This document shows positions 38,282 through 47,060 of a stretch of DNA of 64,000 bases, one piece after another. Numbering within the stretch: position 1 is the first letter of the stretch; each line of letters starts with the position of its first letter. The position numbers were made by a program, and so were the translations under genes. Under the pieces are notes generated by a model. That model worked only from the letters and a program-made list of their open reading frames with translations. It was not told where the DNA came from and searched no databases. Source of the stretch: an uncultured Caldisericota bacterium (lineage in GTDB: Bacteria > Caldisericota > Caldisericia > UBA6126); the NCBI GenBank assembly GCA_964422555.1, contig CAYRBR010000001.1, positions 3,352 to 67,351 of the forward strand, in the 5' to 3' direction.

Positions 38282-39228
38282 TTATTGCTTTTTTCTCAAT
38301 CTTTCTTGGAACATGTTTGATTGGTTTTGTTGTGCTACCGTACTGTATTACTTTTTTAAGAACCAGACAGATTGGGCAATTTGTTCGGGAAGAAGGACCT
38401 CAGGGACACTTAAAAAAAGCAGGTACTCCTACTATGGGAGGAATCGTTTTTATTGGCATAACAAGCATTATTTTTGGATTGTATTTAGTATTTCAAGGAA
38501 GTAATATTTCGCAATGGCTCCCACTTTATGGACTTTTGGCTTACAGCGTAATCGGTTTTCTTGATGATTATATAAAAACTGTTCAGAAGTCACCTTACGG
38601 ATTGAAAGCACGGCAAGATATTCTTCTGCAGATTCTTTTTTCTGTCCCGTTTCTTTTATGGGTGTATTTTTATGGAAATCATCCGGTTCATCTTGTTTTG
38701 TGGATAGTGTTTGAAGTTATATTTGTGTTAGCAGTTGTGAATTCAGTGAATTTAACGGATGGAGTAGATGGCTTACTTACAAGTGTTTCTTTACCAATTT
38801 TTGGATTCTATGCCATTGTATTTGTGTCTTTAAACCAAATAGTCCCATTTGTTTTTTCCATTGTTATGTTTTCTTCGCTCTTGTCATTTCTTTTCTTTAA
38901 TGCATATCCTGCCAGGGTTTTTATGGGCAATATCGGATCCTTTGCCATAGGTGGATCTTTAGTAGTCCTTGCAATACTTTCCAATACTGAGCTTCTTCTC
39001 TTGATTCTTGGGCTCATTTTTGTGGTAGAGGCATTATCCGTAATTATTCAGGTTACGTGGTTTAAGATCACGAAGAAGAAATATGGAGAAGGGAAAAGGG
39101 TGTTTAAGATGTCTCCTATTCACCACCATCTAGAGCTATCCGGTTATTCTGAAACGCAAATTGTTACACTGTTTGTAATCATTCAAGTTTTACTATGTGT
39201 TGTAGCAGGCGTGATTTATTTTTTGTAA
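38278..39228 (+). CDS. mraY: Phospho-N-acetylmuramoyl-pentapeptide transferase
   Basis: Polytopic. NSVNLTDGVDGL and HHHLE motifs. Confidence 0.92.
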   Translation: MIIAFFSIFLGTCLIGFVVLPYCITFLRTRQIGQFVREEGPQGHLKKAGTPTMGGIVFIGITSIIFGLYLVFQGSNISQWLPLYGLLAYSVIGFLDDYIKTVQKSPYGLKARQDILLQILFSVPFLLWVYFYGNHPVHLVLWIVFEVIFVLAVVNSVNLTDGVDGLLTSVSLPIFGFYAIVFVSLNQIVPFVFSIVMFSSLLSFLFFNAYPARVFMGNIGSFAIGGSLVVLAILSNTELLLLILGLIFVVEALSVIIQVTWFKITKKKYGEGKRVFKMSPIHHHLELSGYSETQIVTLFVIIQVLLCVVAGVIYFL

Positions 39229-39249
39229 CTTTTTTGTAGAATATGTGTA

Positions 39250-40632
39250 ATGAAAAAAACACTATCACTAAACGGAAAAAATATTACAGTTTTTGGATTA
39301 AAGAAAAGCGGAAAAGCTGCCATTGAGCTTATATTATCTAAGGGTGCAAATGTCTTTGCAACAGAAAAAACTGCTAATATTGATCCCCAAACGATTATAT
39401 GGCTTGAATCACTGGGTGTGGATTTTGAACTCGGTTTACATTCAGAACGAACTTATACGAACAAAGATTTAATTGTAATATCTCCAGCTGTTCCAAAGCG
39501 AATCCCCATTTTATTGGAAGCAGAACGTCACAATGTTCCTATTATTGGAGAGATTGAGCTGGCCTATCAGTTTACTCAATCGAAATTCATTGCTGTAACG
39601 GGCACGTCTGGAAAAAGCACTTCAGTTGAGTTAACGGGTCATATATTGCGATATCATATTGCACCGGTTTATGTGTGTGGTAATATTGGAATCCCAATTT
39701 CCGAAATTGTCCATAAAACAAAAACTGCAACCTTGGTAGTGGAAGTAAGCTCTTTTCAGTTAGAGACGATTCAAGAATTTTCTCCTCATGTAGCAGTTTT
39801 TTTGAATTTTTCGGAAGATCATCTGAATCGATACAAAAACATGCGAGATTATTTCACTGCTAAATTACGAATATTTGAAAACCAAACAGAAAATGACTAC
39901 TGTATTTTAAATGGAGACCAAAAGTGTTTAGCTGAATTAAGCCCAAGTAAGGCAAAAAAGTATTTATTCTCCATGAAAACACCTATGAATCCCGGATGTT
40001 ATTACAACCATGAAGAAGACGAAGCCGTCATCTTAGATGGACCAAAAGAAATCCGAATTCCTTTATGTAAAATGAGAATTAAGGGTATTCATAACAGACA
40101 GAATGCAATTGTATCCATCCTTTCTGCATATCTTTTTTTACAAGATCATTTTTCTGTTGATTTGTGCATGAAGGCTTTGAATACGTTCCAGGGTTTACCA
40201 CACCGATTTGAATGGGTGGGACGCTATAACGGAATTGGATTCATTAATGATTCCAAATCAACTAAACCTTCTACCACAAGCGTTGCTATCCACTGCATGA
40301 ATGAACCTTTCATTTTAATGATGGGGGGAAGCGACAAGGAAAGTCAGTTTAAAGAGGTAGCAAAAAAGATTTCTCAGCATCCTTTCATTAAAAAAGTTAT
40401 TTTATATGGGAAAACAAGGAAAAAAATAAGAAGTGCTTTGGAAGAAGTGGGCTTTAAAAATTACAAAATGACACCTACTTTTAAGAGTGGGTTTTTTGAA
40501 GCAATTAAACGAGCAGATCCGAATGAATTTGTACTTCTTTCTCCAGGATGCGCCAGTTTTGATGAATTTAATAATTTCGAAGAAAGAGGGAATTATTTTA
40601 AAAAGTTAATCTGGCGTACATATAATCGATAG
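39250..40632 (+). CDS. murD: UDP-N-acetylmuramoylalanine--D-glutamate ligase
   Basis: N-terminal Rossmann region and a GTSGKST P-loop. Confidence 0.9.
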   Translation: MKKTLSLNGKNITVFGLKKSGKAAIELILSKGANVFATEKTANIDPQTIIWLESLGVDFELGLHSERTYTNKDLIVISPAVPKRIPILLEAERHNVPIIGEIELAYQFTQSKFIAVTGTSGKSTSVELTGHILRYHIAPVYVCGNIGIPISEIVHKTKTATLVVEVSSFQLETIQEFSPHVAVFLNFSEDHLNRYKNMRDYFTAKLRIFENQTENDYCILNGDQKCLAELSPSKAKKYLFSMKTPMNPGCYYNHEEDEAVILDGPKEIRIPLCKMRIKGIHNRQNAIVSILSAYLFLQDHFSVDLCMKALNTFQGLPHRFEWVGRYNGIGFINDSKSTKPSTTSVAIHCMNEPFILMMGGSDKESQFKEVAKKISQHPFIKKVILYGKTRKKIRSALEEVGFKNYKMTPTFKSGFFEAIKRADPNEFVLLSPGCASFDEFNNFEERGNYFKKLIWRTYNR

Positions 40633-40634
40633 TT

Positions 40635-41771
40635 ATGTCTCCTCAAAAACTGCATACTAATATAATACTTTTAACAACCCTACTTTGCCTAGTGGGTTTG
40701 TTAATGTCTTTTTCCACAACTTCAATTTATTATTTCAATGATGGGGGAGTTGGAAACCCATTTTCAGGTTTATTCAAACAATTGTTTTTTCTTGTTATTG
40801 GTGTACTTGTAGTGATTTTTGTACGAAGAATAAAAACATCCACACTGAAAAAAGGGGCTTTTCTCTTTTACTTCATATCACTTGCATTACTGGTTGCTGT
40901 TCTTTTGTTTCATACTTCCATTACAAATGAAATTGGAGAAGAAGCTCGTCGTTGGATTGTAATTCCAGGTTTTGGGGGATTAACATTACAACCTTCTGAA
41001 ATAGCAAAAGTGGCGATTATTTTTTATGTTGCTGCCTATTATTCTCGATTTAAGAAAAAACCTCAGTTCGCAGATCATTTGGGTGTGTTATTGATGATTG
41101 GATTAGGTGGTTTTTTAATTATGATAGAGCCTAACTTTTCAGCAGCAATGGTTTTTGCAGCTATTGGAATTATCACAATGATTCTTGCTGGATTTCCTTT
41201 AGCTTTGGGAGCTACTTCCACAGCTGGATTATCAATATTGGCTTACTACATTATGGTGAGTGTCCCTCGACTTCGAAGAAGACTTGACATTGTAAGAGAA
41301 GTCTATACAAGTCAAGATGCCTATCAATTAAGGCAAGGTATCCGAGCAATTGTTCGAGGGGGGTTCTTTGGGCAAGGATACATGAAGAGTTCCCAGAAAT
41401 TCGTCCATCTGGCATTTTCTTCTACAGATTACATTTTCGCAATCATCTGTGAAGAGTTTGGCTTAATTTTTGGGTTTATCCTGCTATTACTTTATTTTCT
41501 CCTTTTTTACTATTGCTTACAAGTAGCCCGATTAACAAAAAATCATTTTAATTCTGTTCTTGTTGCTGGGATAGCCTTTCATCTGTTGTTTCAGGCAGTT
41601 TTACATGTGGCTGTTACTCTGGCGGTTTTTTTGCCGACAGGAGTTCCATTGCCTTTTATTAGTCAGGGTGGAAGCGCACTTGTGTTAAATCTGTTTGAAA
41701 TTGGGGTGGTTTTGAATATTGCAGCAAGACTTCCTAAAGAGAAGAAAAAGGAACTACCTGTTGTTGCCTAA
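40635..41771 (+). CDS. ftsW: SEDS-family peptidoglycan glycosyltransferase FtsW (SpoVE/RodA family)
   Basis: A 10-TM SEDS protein in the conserved dcw position. Confidence 0.85.
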   Translation: MSPQKLHTNIILLTTLLCLVGLLMSFSTTSIYYFNDGGVGNPFSGLFKQLFFLVIGVLVVIFVRRIKTSTLKKGAFLFYFISLALLVAVLLFHTSITNEIGEEARRWIVIPGFGGLTLQPSEIAKVAIIFYVAAYYSRFKKKPQFADHLGVLLMIGLGGFLIMIEPNFSAAMVFAAIGIITMILAGFPLALGATSTAGLSILAYYIMVSVPRLRRRLDIVREVYTSQDAYQLRQGIRAIVRGGFFGQGYMKSSQKFVHLAFSSTDYIFAIICEEFGLIFGFILLLLYFLLFYYCLQVARLTKNHFNSVLVAGIAFHLLFQAVLHVAVTLAVFLPTGVPLPFISQGGSALVLNLFEIGVVLNIAARLPKEKKKELPVVA

Positions 41772-43125
41772 ATCTAAGAAGGAAACCATTTTTTTCGTCG
41801 GCATTGGAGGGGTTGGAATGACACCTCTTGCACTGTATTTGAAAGAAGCTGGATATGACGTTGTTGGTTCTGATTTGCAAGAATTTCGTATGCGAAAAGT
41901 ACTTCAACAGAAAGGCATCCAGGTTTTTTTAAAACAAGAAAAAAGTAACATCTTACCTTCTGTTTCAAGTGTAATTTATTCAACTGCAGTACCAGCTTCG
42001 AATCCAGAAAGAATGGAAGCGGATCGATTAGGTATCCCATCAATGAATAGAATACAAGCACTGAAAGCGATAACGAGAAATTCAAAGATTATTTCCATCA
42101 CTGGTAGTTATGGAAAGAGCACAACGACTACTTTTGTTTCCAGTATGTTTGAGCAGGCTGACCTGTTTCCTTCCTGGATCATTGGTGCAGACATGCTTAC
42201 GTATCCGTGTGCAAAGAAAGATATTGGGGCACATTTTGTAATTGAAACCGATGAATCAAAACCCCAATTTCTGGATTTTTCTCCTTCTAGCTTGATTGTT
42301 ACGAATATTGGAACAGATCATTTACCGAACTACAAGAATGACCAAGTATATTTAGTAGAGGCAATACGGTCTATTGTTCAAAGAACGAATGAAAGAGTAG
42401 TGGTTCCATTCGATTTAAAAGAAAAATACCCTACGATGTTTACTGGAAAGAAAACAATCACCTGCGGTTTTCAGAACGGTGATTATTCGATTCACAATTG
42501 CAAAACTTTTGTCCAAATGGGCAAGATGAAGACTACATTTACTGTCCATGGTTTGCATTCTCAGTTCGATGCATGGATAACGATGCCTTCTCAAAGAAAT
42601 GTTTTGGATGCAGTTCTTTCCTTTGCTCTTCTGGAGGATATACAAGGTGCAGTGTCCAATCCTTCTTTGTACTTCTCTTCTTTACCGGTAATGGAACGAA
42701 GGTTTCAATTACGAAGCACAAACAATCATGCCTACTTAATTGATGACGAAGGAGATAGTCCGGAAGTTATCAGAGAGGTATTGAAAGATGCTAAACGTTT
42801 TTTCCCGACACGCCTACTGGTTACTGTTTTGCAACCACATCGGTACTCGCGCTTACAAAGTCTGTTTTCGAGCTATGTCGATTCAGTAGTTGAAAGCGAT
42901 ATTGTTGTTGTGCTTCCTGTATATGCAGCAGGGGAAGAGTCCGTTGACGGAGTTTCATCTGAAATTCTAGCGAGAGAGATAGAAAAAAAACACCACAAGG
43001 AAGTTTTCATTCCCCACAATTTTTGTGAAGCAGCTGAAATTCTGCAAAAATTTCTACAGCAGGAATCAGTGGTTGTTACACTAGGACCGGGAAATGTTTG
43101 GAAACTATACGATGAGATAGCATGA
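41719..43125 (+). CDS. murC: UDP-N-acetylmuramate--L-alanine ligase. The true start is probably a TTG near 41758-41761 with AAGGAA upstream.
   Basis: FFVGIGGVGM...GSD N-terminal motif and GSYGKSTTT P-loop. The track ORF overlaps ftsW by 52 nt. Confidence 0.85.
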   Translation: MQQDFLKRRKRNYLLLPKSKKETIFFVGIGGVGMTPLALYLKEAGYDVVGSDLQEFRMRKVLQQKGIQVFLKQEKSNILPSVSSVIYSTAVPASNPERMEADRLGIPSMNRIQALKAITRNSKIISITGSYGKSTTTTFVSSMFEQADLFPSWIIGADMLTYPCAKKDIGAHFVIETDESKPQFLDFSPSSLIVTNIGTDHLPNYKNDQVYLVEAIRSIVQRTNERVVVPFDLKEKYPTMFTGKKTITCGFQNGDYSIHNCKTFVQMGKMKTTFTVHGLHSQFDAWITMPSQRNVLDAVLSFALLEDIQGAVSNPSLYFSSLPVMERRFQLRSTNNHAYLIDDEGDSPEVIREVLKDAKRFFPTRLLVTVLQPHRYSRLQSLFSSYVDSVVESDIVVVLPVYAAGEESVDGVSSEILAREIEKKHHKEVFIPHNFCEAAEILQKFLQQESVVVTLGPGNVWKLYDEIA

Positions 43126-44021
43126 TGGTAGATAAAATGCAGATCGACAATTTTAAAGGTTCTGTACTTAAACATGAACTGATGAAACAATATACGTCGT
43201 TCCATATTGGGGGAGCAGCAGATTATGTAGTAGTTCCTTCAAATGAACAAGATGTTATTCATGCAATGAATCATTGTCGAATAAAAAAAATTCCATTTGA
43301 AATTCTTGGAGCTGGAACAAACACTCTCATTTCTGACACTGGCTTTTCTGGTGTCATTATTCTGATAAAAAAAACACTGTCGCAATACAAAGTTCTTCCA
43401 TCGGGTAGAGTTTTTGTCCAAGCTGGTATGAAGACACAAGATTTATTACAAAAACTTTTACAAGACAAATACACCGGGTATTCTTTTCTAGCCGGTATCC
43501 CCGGAACTGTTGGCGGATGTGCTGCTATGAATGCAGGGACAAACCGTGGACAGTTTTCAGATATTGTACACTCTATCATATATACTGATGGAGAACATGT
43601 TAAGGTTATAAAAGGAAAGCTTTTGAAGAGTTGTTTTCAGTATCGAAGCAGTGTCTTTTTAGAAAACAAACAGGTGGTTCTATCCGTAGTTTTGTCATTA
43701 CCGAAGAATGATATTCAGGCGGAACAACTACAAGTAAAAAAATACTTACAAAAACGTAAAAAATCGCAACCCATTCAAACTCTTAATGCAGGATGTTTTT
43801 GGAAAAATCCTGAAAAGTACTCTGCAGGATACTTAATTGAACATCTTGGACTGAAGGGTAAGCAAGTAGGTGGGGCGATGATATCAAATGTACATGCAAA
43901 CTTTATTGTTAACCTGCAAGATGCTACGGCATCTGACATTCGGTTGCTAGCGGAAATGGTTGAAAAAGAAGTGTGGGAAAGAATGGGAGTTAAGTTAGTA
44001 CGAGAAGTTCGCGAGTTGTAA
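43122..44021 (+). CDS. murB: UDP-N-acetylenolpyruvoylglucosamine reductase
   Basis: FAD-binding domain (TSFHIGGAADYVV) and a MurB C-terminal domain. Confidence 0.9.
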   Translation: MMVDKMQIDNFKGSVLKHELMKQYTSFHIGGAADYVVVPSNEQDVIHAMNHCRIKKIPFEILGAGTNTLISDTGFSGVIILIKKTLSQYKVLPSGRVFVQAGMKTQDLLQKLLQDKYTGYSFLAGIPGTVGGCAAMNAGTNRGQFSDIVHSIIYTDGEHVKVIKGKLLKSCFQYRSSVFLENKQVVLSVVLSLPKNDIQAEQLQVKKYLQKRKKSQPIQTLNAGCFWKNPEKYSAGYLIEHLGLKGKQVGGAMISNVHANFIVNLQDATASDIRLLAEMVEKEVWERMGVKLVREVREL

Positions 44022-44168
44022 CAAGTTGGTTGCAATTAACTTATAGTAATATATAGTTTTTTTGTAAACTTATTTCTTGGCAAGTTTTTAAAAAAATCGA
44101 ATAGTGTGCATTTTTAATGTATGGTATTGCAGTATAAAAATTCCTTGTCATGGAAGGTGGGTTAGAAT

Positions 44169-45161
44169 ATGTGGCAATATGTCGTTAGACAGTTTATACA
44201 GCGGATGTTTATTTTGCTGATAATATCATTCCTTGCTTTCATTTCTTTGAATGCAATGGCAGATCCGGTTGATATTATCAAATCAATGGATCCGCATATA
44301 ACACAACAACAAATTGATATTTATAAAAAGCAGCAGGGTTTGGATAAGCCTACTGTTGTTCGTTATTTCTATTGGCTAAAAAATGCCTTTCATGGTGATT
44401 TTGGAATTTCTCGTGCTTATAAAGAAGACGTGTTCCCTCTGTTAATGGACAGAATTCCAAACACAATGTACATGCAGGCAATTGTTATGCTAATCATAAT
44501 ATTTGTAGCGATTCCGCTAGGGATATTTTCGGCTGTACATCAGTACTCTACCTGGGATTATATTTTAACCTTTTTTGCCTTTACTGGCATGTCACTCCCA
44601 ATGTTCTGGACAGGGTTAATGATGATTCTTTGGTTGGGTGTTGGGTACGGACTTCCTTTTACAGGAATGTACTCCGATTTAGTAAGCGTCAACGGAATGA
44701 TGATCCCGTATGCACAAGCGCCGTGGTACATACAATTAGGGGATAGAATGCGGCATTTAATCCTTCCTGTCATCAGTATATCTCTTATATCTCTTGCTGG
44801 TCTTATGCGATATACTCGATCTGCTTTACTCGAAGTTATCCGGCAAGACTATGTTCGAACTGCTCGAGCCAAAGGTATTGTTGAGAAAAAGGTTATCTAT
44901 TCGCATGCTTTACGTAATGCTATGATTCCTATTGCCACAATTCTTATCCAACAAATACCCAGACTATTTGCAGGTTCGTTGATTGTTGAACAAATATTCG
45001 GATGGCCCGGAGTTGGTAAAATGGTTTTTGATGCTGTTATGCAAAAAGACTATAACCTGGCCATGATGGACTTAATGTTCCTTTCTTTCTTAACTGTAAC
45101 ATTTACCCTTATAGCAGATGTATCGTATGCTTTCCTTGATCCTAGAATCACATACAGATAA
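44169..45161 (+). CDS. ABC transporter permease, OppB/DppB family
   Basis: Six TM helices with the binding-protein-dependent transport EAA-like loop. N-terminal signature GDFGISRAY. Confidence 0.85.
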   Translation: MWQYVVRQFIQRMFILLIISFLAFISLNAMADPVDIIKSMDPHITQQQIDIYKKQQGLDKPTVVRYFYWLKNAFHGDFGISRAYKEDVFPLLMDRIPNTMYMQAIVMLIIIFVAIPLGIFSAVHQYSTWDYILTFFAFTGMSLPMFWTGLMMILWLGVGYGLPFTGMYSDLVSVNGMMIPYAQAPWYIQLGDRMRHLILPVISISLISLAGLMRYTRSALLEVIRQDYVRTARAKGIVEKKVIYSHALRNAMIPIATILIQQIPRLFAGSLIVEQIFGWPGVGKMVFDAVMQKDYNLAMMDLMFLSFLTVTFTLIADVSYAFLDPRITYR

Positions 45162-45191
45162 ACCATTGGTAGATAGAAAGGAGACATACAA

Positions 45192-46202
45192 ATGAGCAAA
45201 AAAGAACAAAAAAACATAAAAAGTGTGCCTGAGAATGAAGCTAGCGATTTAAATAACAGCGAGCAAACCTTTGCACAGATGACAGAAACAATTGATATGA
45301 AAAATTCAGAAATTACACCTGAAAACGAAGCAGGTGAATTAAGCAATAGTGCACAATATTCATATGCACAGATGGTCTGGATTCGATTCAGAAAGCATAA
45401 AATGGCTTTAACCGGTACCATAATCATTTTTCTTTTAATTGTATTGGCTGTTGGAGCACAGCTTTGGTCGGGTGGAATTAATCCTTCTTACACCGACATT
45501 AATATTCGATTCTTACCTCCATTTAGCCCCGGACATTTCCTTGGTACCGATGACGTGGGTCGAGATGTCTGGACAAGACTTCTATACGGTGGACGTACTT
45601 CCTTATTTATCGGTTTTGCTATTTCTATTCCTGCTGGTTTGTTTGGTGGAATTATCGGTTCCATATCGGGTTATTTTGGAAAATGGGTTGATTCCTTAAT
45701 TATGCGTATTGTTGAAATTTTCTTCTCCATTCCAACCTTACCCATTTTAGTAACTTTATCTAGTTATTTTGGAGCAACAATGTGGAATATTGTCCTATTG
45801 TTGGTCTTCTTTGGCTGGGCAGGAATTGCACGAATGATCCGAGGATTAGTATTGCAGATTAAGCAGTATGAGTTTATCGAAGCTGCAAAAGCGATCGGTT
45901 GTTCCGATACAAGAATTATTTTACGACACATTTTTCCCAACACATTGGCCATTTTGATTGTACAAATGACTTTATCTGTTGGTGGTGCCATACTAGCCGA
46001 ATCTACTCTATCTTATTTAGGTCTTGGAGTTGATCCTGCTACACCTACTTGGGGTAACATGTTATCTAGTGCACAGAATTTCATGTGGAATGCACCACAC
46101 TTAGTTGTGTGGCCAGGACTTATGATTTTCCTTACCATCTTATCGTTCAACTTCCTTGGCGATGGTTTACGCGATGCACTTGATCCTAAGCTAAAACAAT
46201 AA
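45192..46202 (+). CDS. ABC transporter permease, OppC/DppC family, with a roughly 60-aa N-terminal extension that has an internal duplication
   Basis: OppC-type TM domain. The N-terminus has the repeat PENEASDLNNSEQTFAQM / PENEAGELSNSAQYSYAQM. Confidence 0.85.
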   Translation: MSKKEQKNIKSVPENEASDLNNSEQTFAQMTETIDMKNSEITPENEAGELSNSAQYSYAQMVWIRFRKHKMALTGTIIIFLLIVLAVGAQLWSGGINPSYTDINIRFLPPFSPGHFLGTDDVGRDVWTRLLYGGRTSLFIGFAISIPAGLFGGIIGSISGYFGKWVDSLIMRIVEIFFSIPTLPILVTLSSYFGATMWNIVLLLVFFGWAGIARMIRGLVLQIKQYEFIEAAKAIGCSDTRIILRHIFPNTLAILIVQMTLSVGGAILAESTLSYLGLGVDPATPTWGNMLSSAQNFMWNAPHLVVWPGLMIFLTILSFNFLGDGLRDALDPKLKQ

Positions 46203-46225
46203 AGTAACCTACACTTGAATATGAT

Positions 46226-46265
46226 ACCGGAAAGAGAGAAGAGAAATCTCTTTCCGGTTTTTTTT
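46226..46265 (+). terminator. Rho-independent terminator after the permease pair
   Basis: A 12-bp stem (ACCGGAAAGAGA / TCTCTTTCCGGT) with a 9-nt loop, followed by a T7 run. Confidence 0.85.
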
Positions 46266-46272
46266 ATGCAAA

Positions 46273-46875
46273 ATGAAAAAAAATTTAATTGTTGAAGACG
46301 GTCAATCATTTCAGCTAATAAAAAAATCAAAGTTCTTTGGACATGCAGTTGCAATCGAATCTGAAAATCAATTTCATTTGTTTATGAAAGAATATAAAAT
46401 TACCTACAAAGGAGCAACTCACTTTTGTTTTGCTTATCGATTTACAGATAGAACGGGCTGTCTGCGTGAAAAAATGTCTGACGATAAAGAGCCCTATGGA
46501 ACAGCGGGAATACCAATGTTATCTCTTCTACAAAATGAGAGTATAACAAATGGATGCATCATTGTCATTCGATTCTTTGGGGGGGTTAAACTTGGCAAGA
46601 AAGGTCTTTTAAATGCTTACCTGGGAACAGCGAATGATGCTTTAAAGAAAGCCAAAGTAAAAGAATTTGTACCTACTACGAGTATGAAGCTCTCTATTCA
46701 GTATTCTGCCTATGATTTTGTAAGCAAAGAATTTAAACAGTTTCAAATAGAAGTAATCGAAGTAAATTATGGTACTTCAGTGGACGTAATCCTTCAATTA
46801 CCGATTGCTCAAAAGAAACTCTTTTTAAATACGTTGGAACAAAAAAACCTAATTAATTATGTTACAATACTCTAG
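46273..46875 (+). CDS. IMPACT/YigZ-family protein (UPF0029)
   Basis: Motifs IKKSKFFGHAVAIESE, HFCFAYRF and DDKEPYGTAGIPML, characteristic of the IMPACT N-domain. Confidence 0.65.
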   Translation: MKKNLIVEDGQSFQLIKKSKFFGHAVAIESENQFHLFMKEYKITYKGATHFCFAYRFTDRTGCLREKMSDDKEPYGTAGIPMLSLLQNESITNGCIIVIRFFGGVKLGKKGLLNAYLGTANDALKKAKVKEFVPTTSMKLSIQYSAYDFVSKEFKQFQIEVIEVNYGTSVDVILQLPIAQKKLFLNTLEQKNLINYVTIL

Positions 46876-46889
46876 ATACGGAGGTTATT

Positions 46890-47060
46890 ATGAAAAAATT
46901 AAAAATTCTTGTAAAAGGTACTTTGTTAGATTCAACAAAGGCTAAAACAAATTGTAGAGAATGTCAGACACCCTGTAAGTCTGCCTGTAAAACTTCTTGC
47001 ACAATTGGAAACCAAACCTGCGAGCAACGAAAAAAGACAAACTACCGATGGATCTGGTAA
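46890..47060 (+). CDS. SCIFF-family ranthipeptide precursor peptide (56 aa), absent from the ORF track
   Basis: Translation: MKKLKILVKGTLLDSTKAKTNCRECQTPCKSACKTSCTIGNQTCEQRKKTNYRWIW. It has six Cys and a CxECQTxCxSACKTSCTxGNQxCE core. GGAGG lies 6 nt upstream. It is immediately followed by, and overlaps, a radical SAM/SPASM gene. Confidence 0.8.
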   Translation: MKKLKILVKGTLLDSTKAKTNCRECQTPCKSACKTSCTIGNQTCEQRKKTNYRWIW

